DNA from: Camelus ferus | Taxonomy: Eukaryota | Reading direction: 5' to 3' | NCBI RefSeq assembly: GCF_009834535.1 | Contig: NC_045697.1 | Span: 78,246,001 to 78,310,000 of the forward strand | Length of the DNA stretch: 64,000 nucleotides | Notes under the pieces: generated by a model | Told to the model about the DNA's origin: nothing | The model's input: only the letters and a program-made list of their open reading frames with translations | The model's database searches: none | In this document: positions 62,979-64,000 of the stretch, in pieces | Position numbering within the stretch: position 1 is the stretch's first letter | Layout of the letters: each line of letters begins with the position of its first letter | Translations under genes and position numbers: made by a program

Positions 62979-63821
62979 TCCCTTAGAGTTTCAGGTTTAA
63001 GCAGATAACAAGAATATTTTGACATGTTCTGCCACATCAGATAGAGGTGCTTTAGTTATGAGTAAGCGCCCATGAAAAATTGTATTCCCCTGATTTCTAC
63101 TCAGGGTGGTTGTTCTGGATAAGAAATATGACTCTGGATGCTTAATCTGATGATTTCAACCATTTGTGGTCTGACAACCATTGATTATGTGATTGCGAAC
63201 TTAGGACCATGAAGATGGTATATGCAGTAACGGCACTGTACAAACTCAGAGATGCTGCCGTTACACCAGCGAGCGATGATACCTAGTAGCTATTTGATCT
63301 TGTCATAATTGTTTCTTTTCTGTCTCCAGCTGAATTACCGTCATTCTGCTCCTCTACCAAAAGAAATAAGACTCTGACTTTCTGTTTATTAAATTAGGCT
63401 TTGCTGAGGATAACATTTTTGGTTAAAATGCAAAATTTGAAAACACATTGATTTGTTATAATGTCAGTAGCTTGCTGTGTTTTGAGAAAAATGTCTCACA
63501 TTCCTTATCATTTTGTTATTATATTTTTATCATTCATCATCAAACTCTTTAGTCAAGTTTAGCATATTATTTCTATTCCAGAATATGTTTTTTTAAATGT
63601 TATAGATTATAAAATGATGATATGTAAGCAGTGTGAGATATAATAACTCTCATTCTGTTTCTCACTTTTTAGCCCAGATTGATGTTTTATGAAGATCAAA
63701 TACATATATCAACATCTCTTCTTAGTCACTATTAGCTTTTGAGAACTGATAGAAATGGACAATGGCAAACCAGCCATTCAAAATATAAATTGTTTACTGA
63801 TGGTATAAGAATGTATTAATC

Positions 63822-63945
63822 TTATCTATTAATCTATCAAATGTTTATTGAGTGCCTGCCATGTATCAAATATAGTGAAAGTTATTGCAAAAATTATAGA
63901 AAAAATAGAATATTTTCAGGGCTTTCTAGGAAATTATACTCACAT
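63822..63945 (-). mobile_element. L2 3' end fragment
   Basis: caaatgtttattgagtgcctgccatgtatca is the antisense L2 terminus. Confidence 0.7.
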
Positions 63946-64000
63946 GAGACAGACTTGATACAGGAAACAGTTGGATAAAACAGAAAGCACATACATGTGT

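Noticed and set aside
1..64000. Prokaryotic-type systems (CRISPR array, operon, defence island) or a named protein-coding gene
   Set aside because: The DNA is mammalian and non-coding, with no repeat-spacer array, no long ORF and no exon I can match to a known protein.

Overview
AT-rich, CpG-poor placental mammal DNA with no CpG island. A tRNA-Ala-derived SINE of the camelid vic-1 type, a cetartiodactyl-type L1 3' end and the lack of Alu, B1, Bov-A/BovB, PRE-1 or Can-SINE copies point to a camelid (inference). I recognise no protein-coding exon, RNA gene or miRNA and name no gene; the ORF track is explained by chance ORFs, microsatellites and decayed Tigger1/L2/L1 frames. Transposon-poor blocks (about 1-19.4, 33.4-43.1 and 55.3-62.4 kb) alternate with repeat-dense blocks (L1, L2, MIR, MER5, LTR41-like, MLT1, Tigger1), as in a long intron or regulatory gene desert. 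The most interesting signal is speculative: a chain of minus-strand splice-site-bounded segments (61699-61793, 8966-8977, 8670-8742, 7972-8047, 1812-1941, 852-1176) that could be exons of a lncRNA or long 5' UTR, possibly with a short ORF. A few palindromes, hairpins and G-quadruplex motifs occur in unique DNA. I see no convincing novel biological system. Repeat families were recognised by eye and boundaries are approximate.
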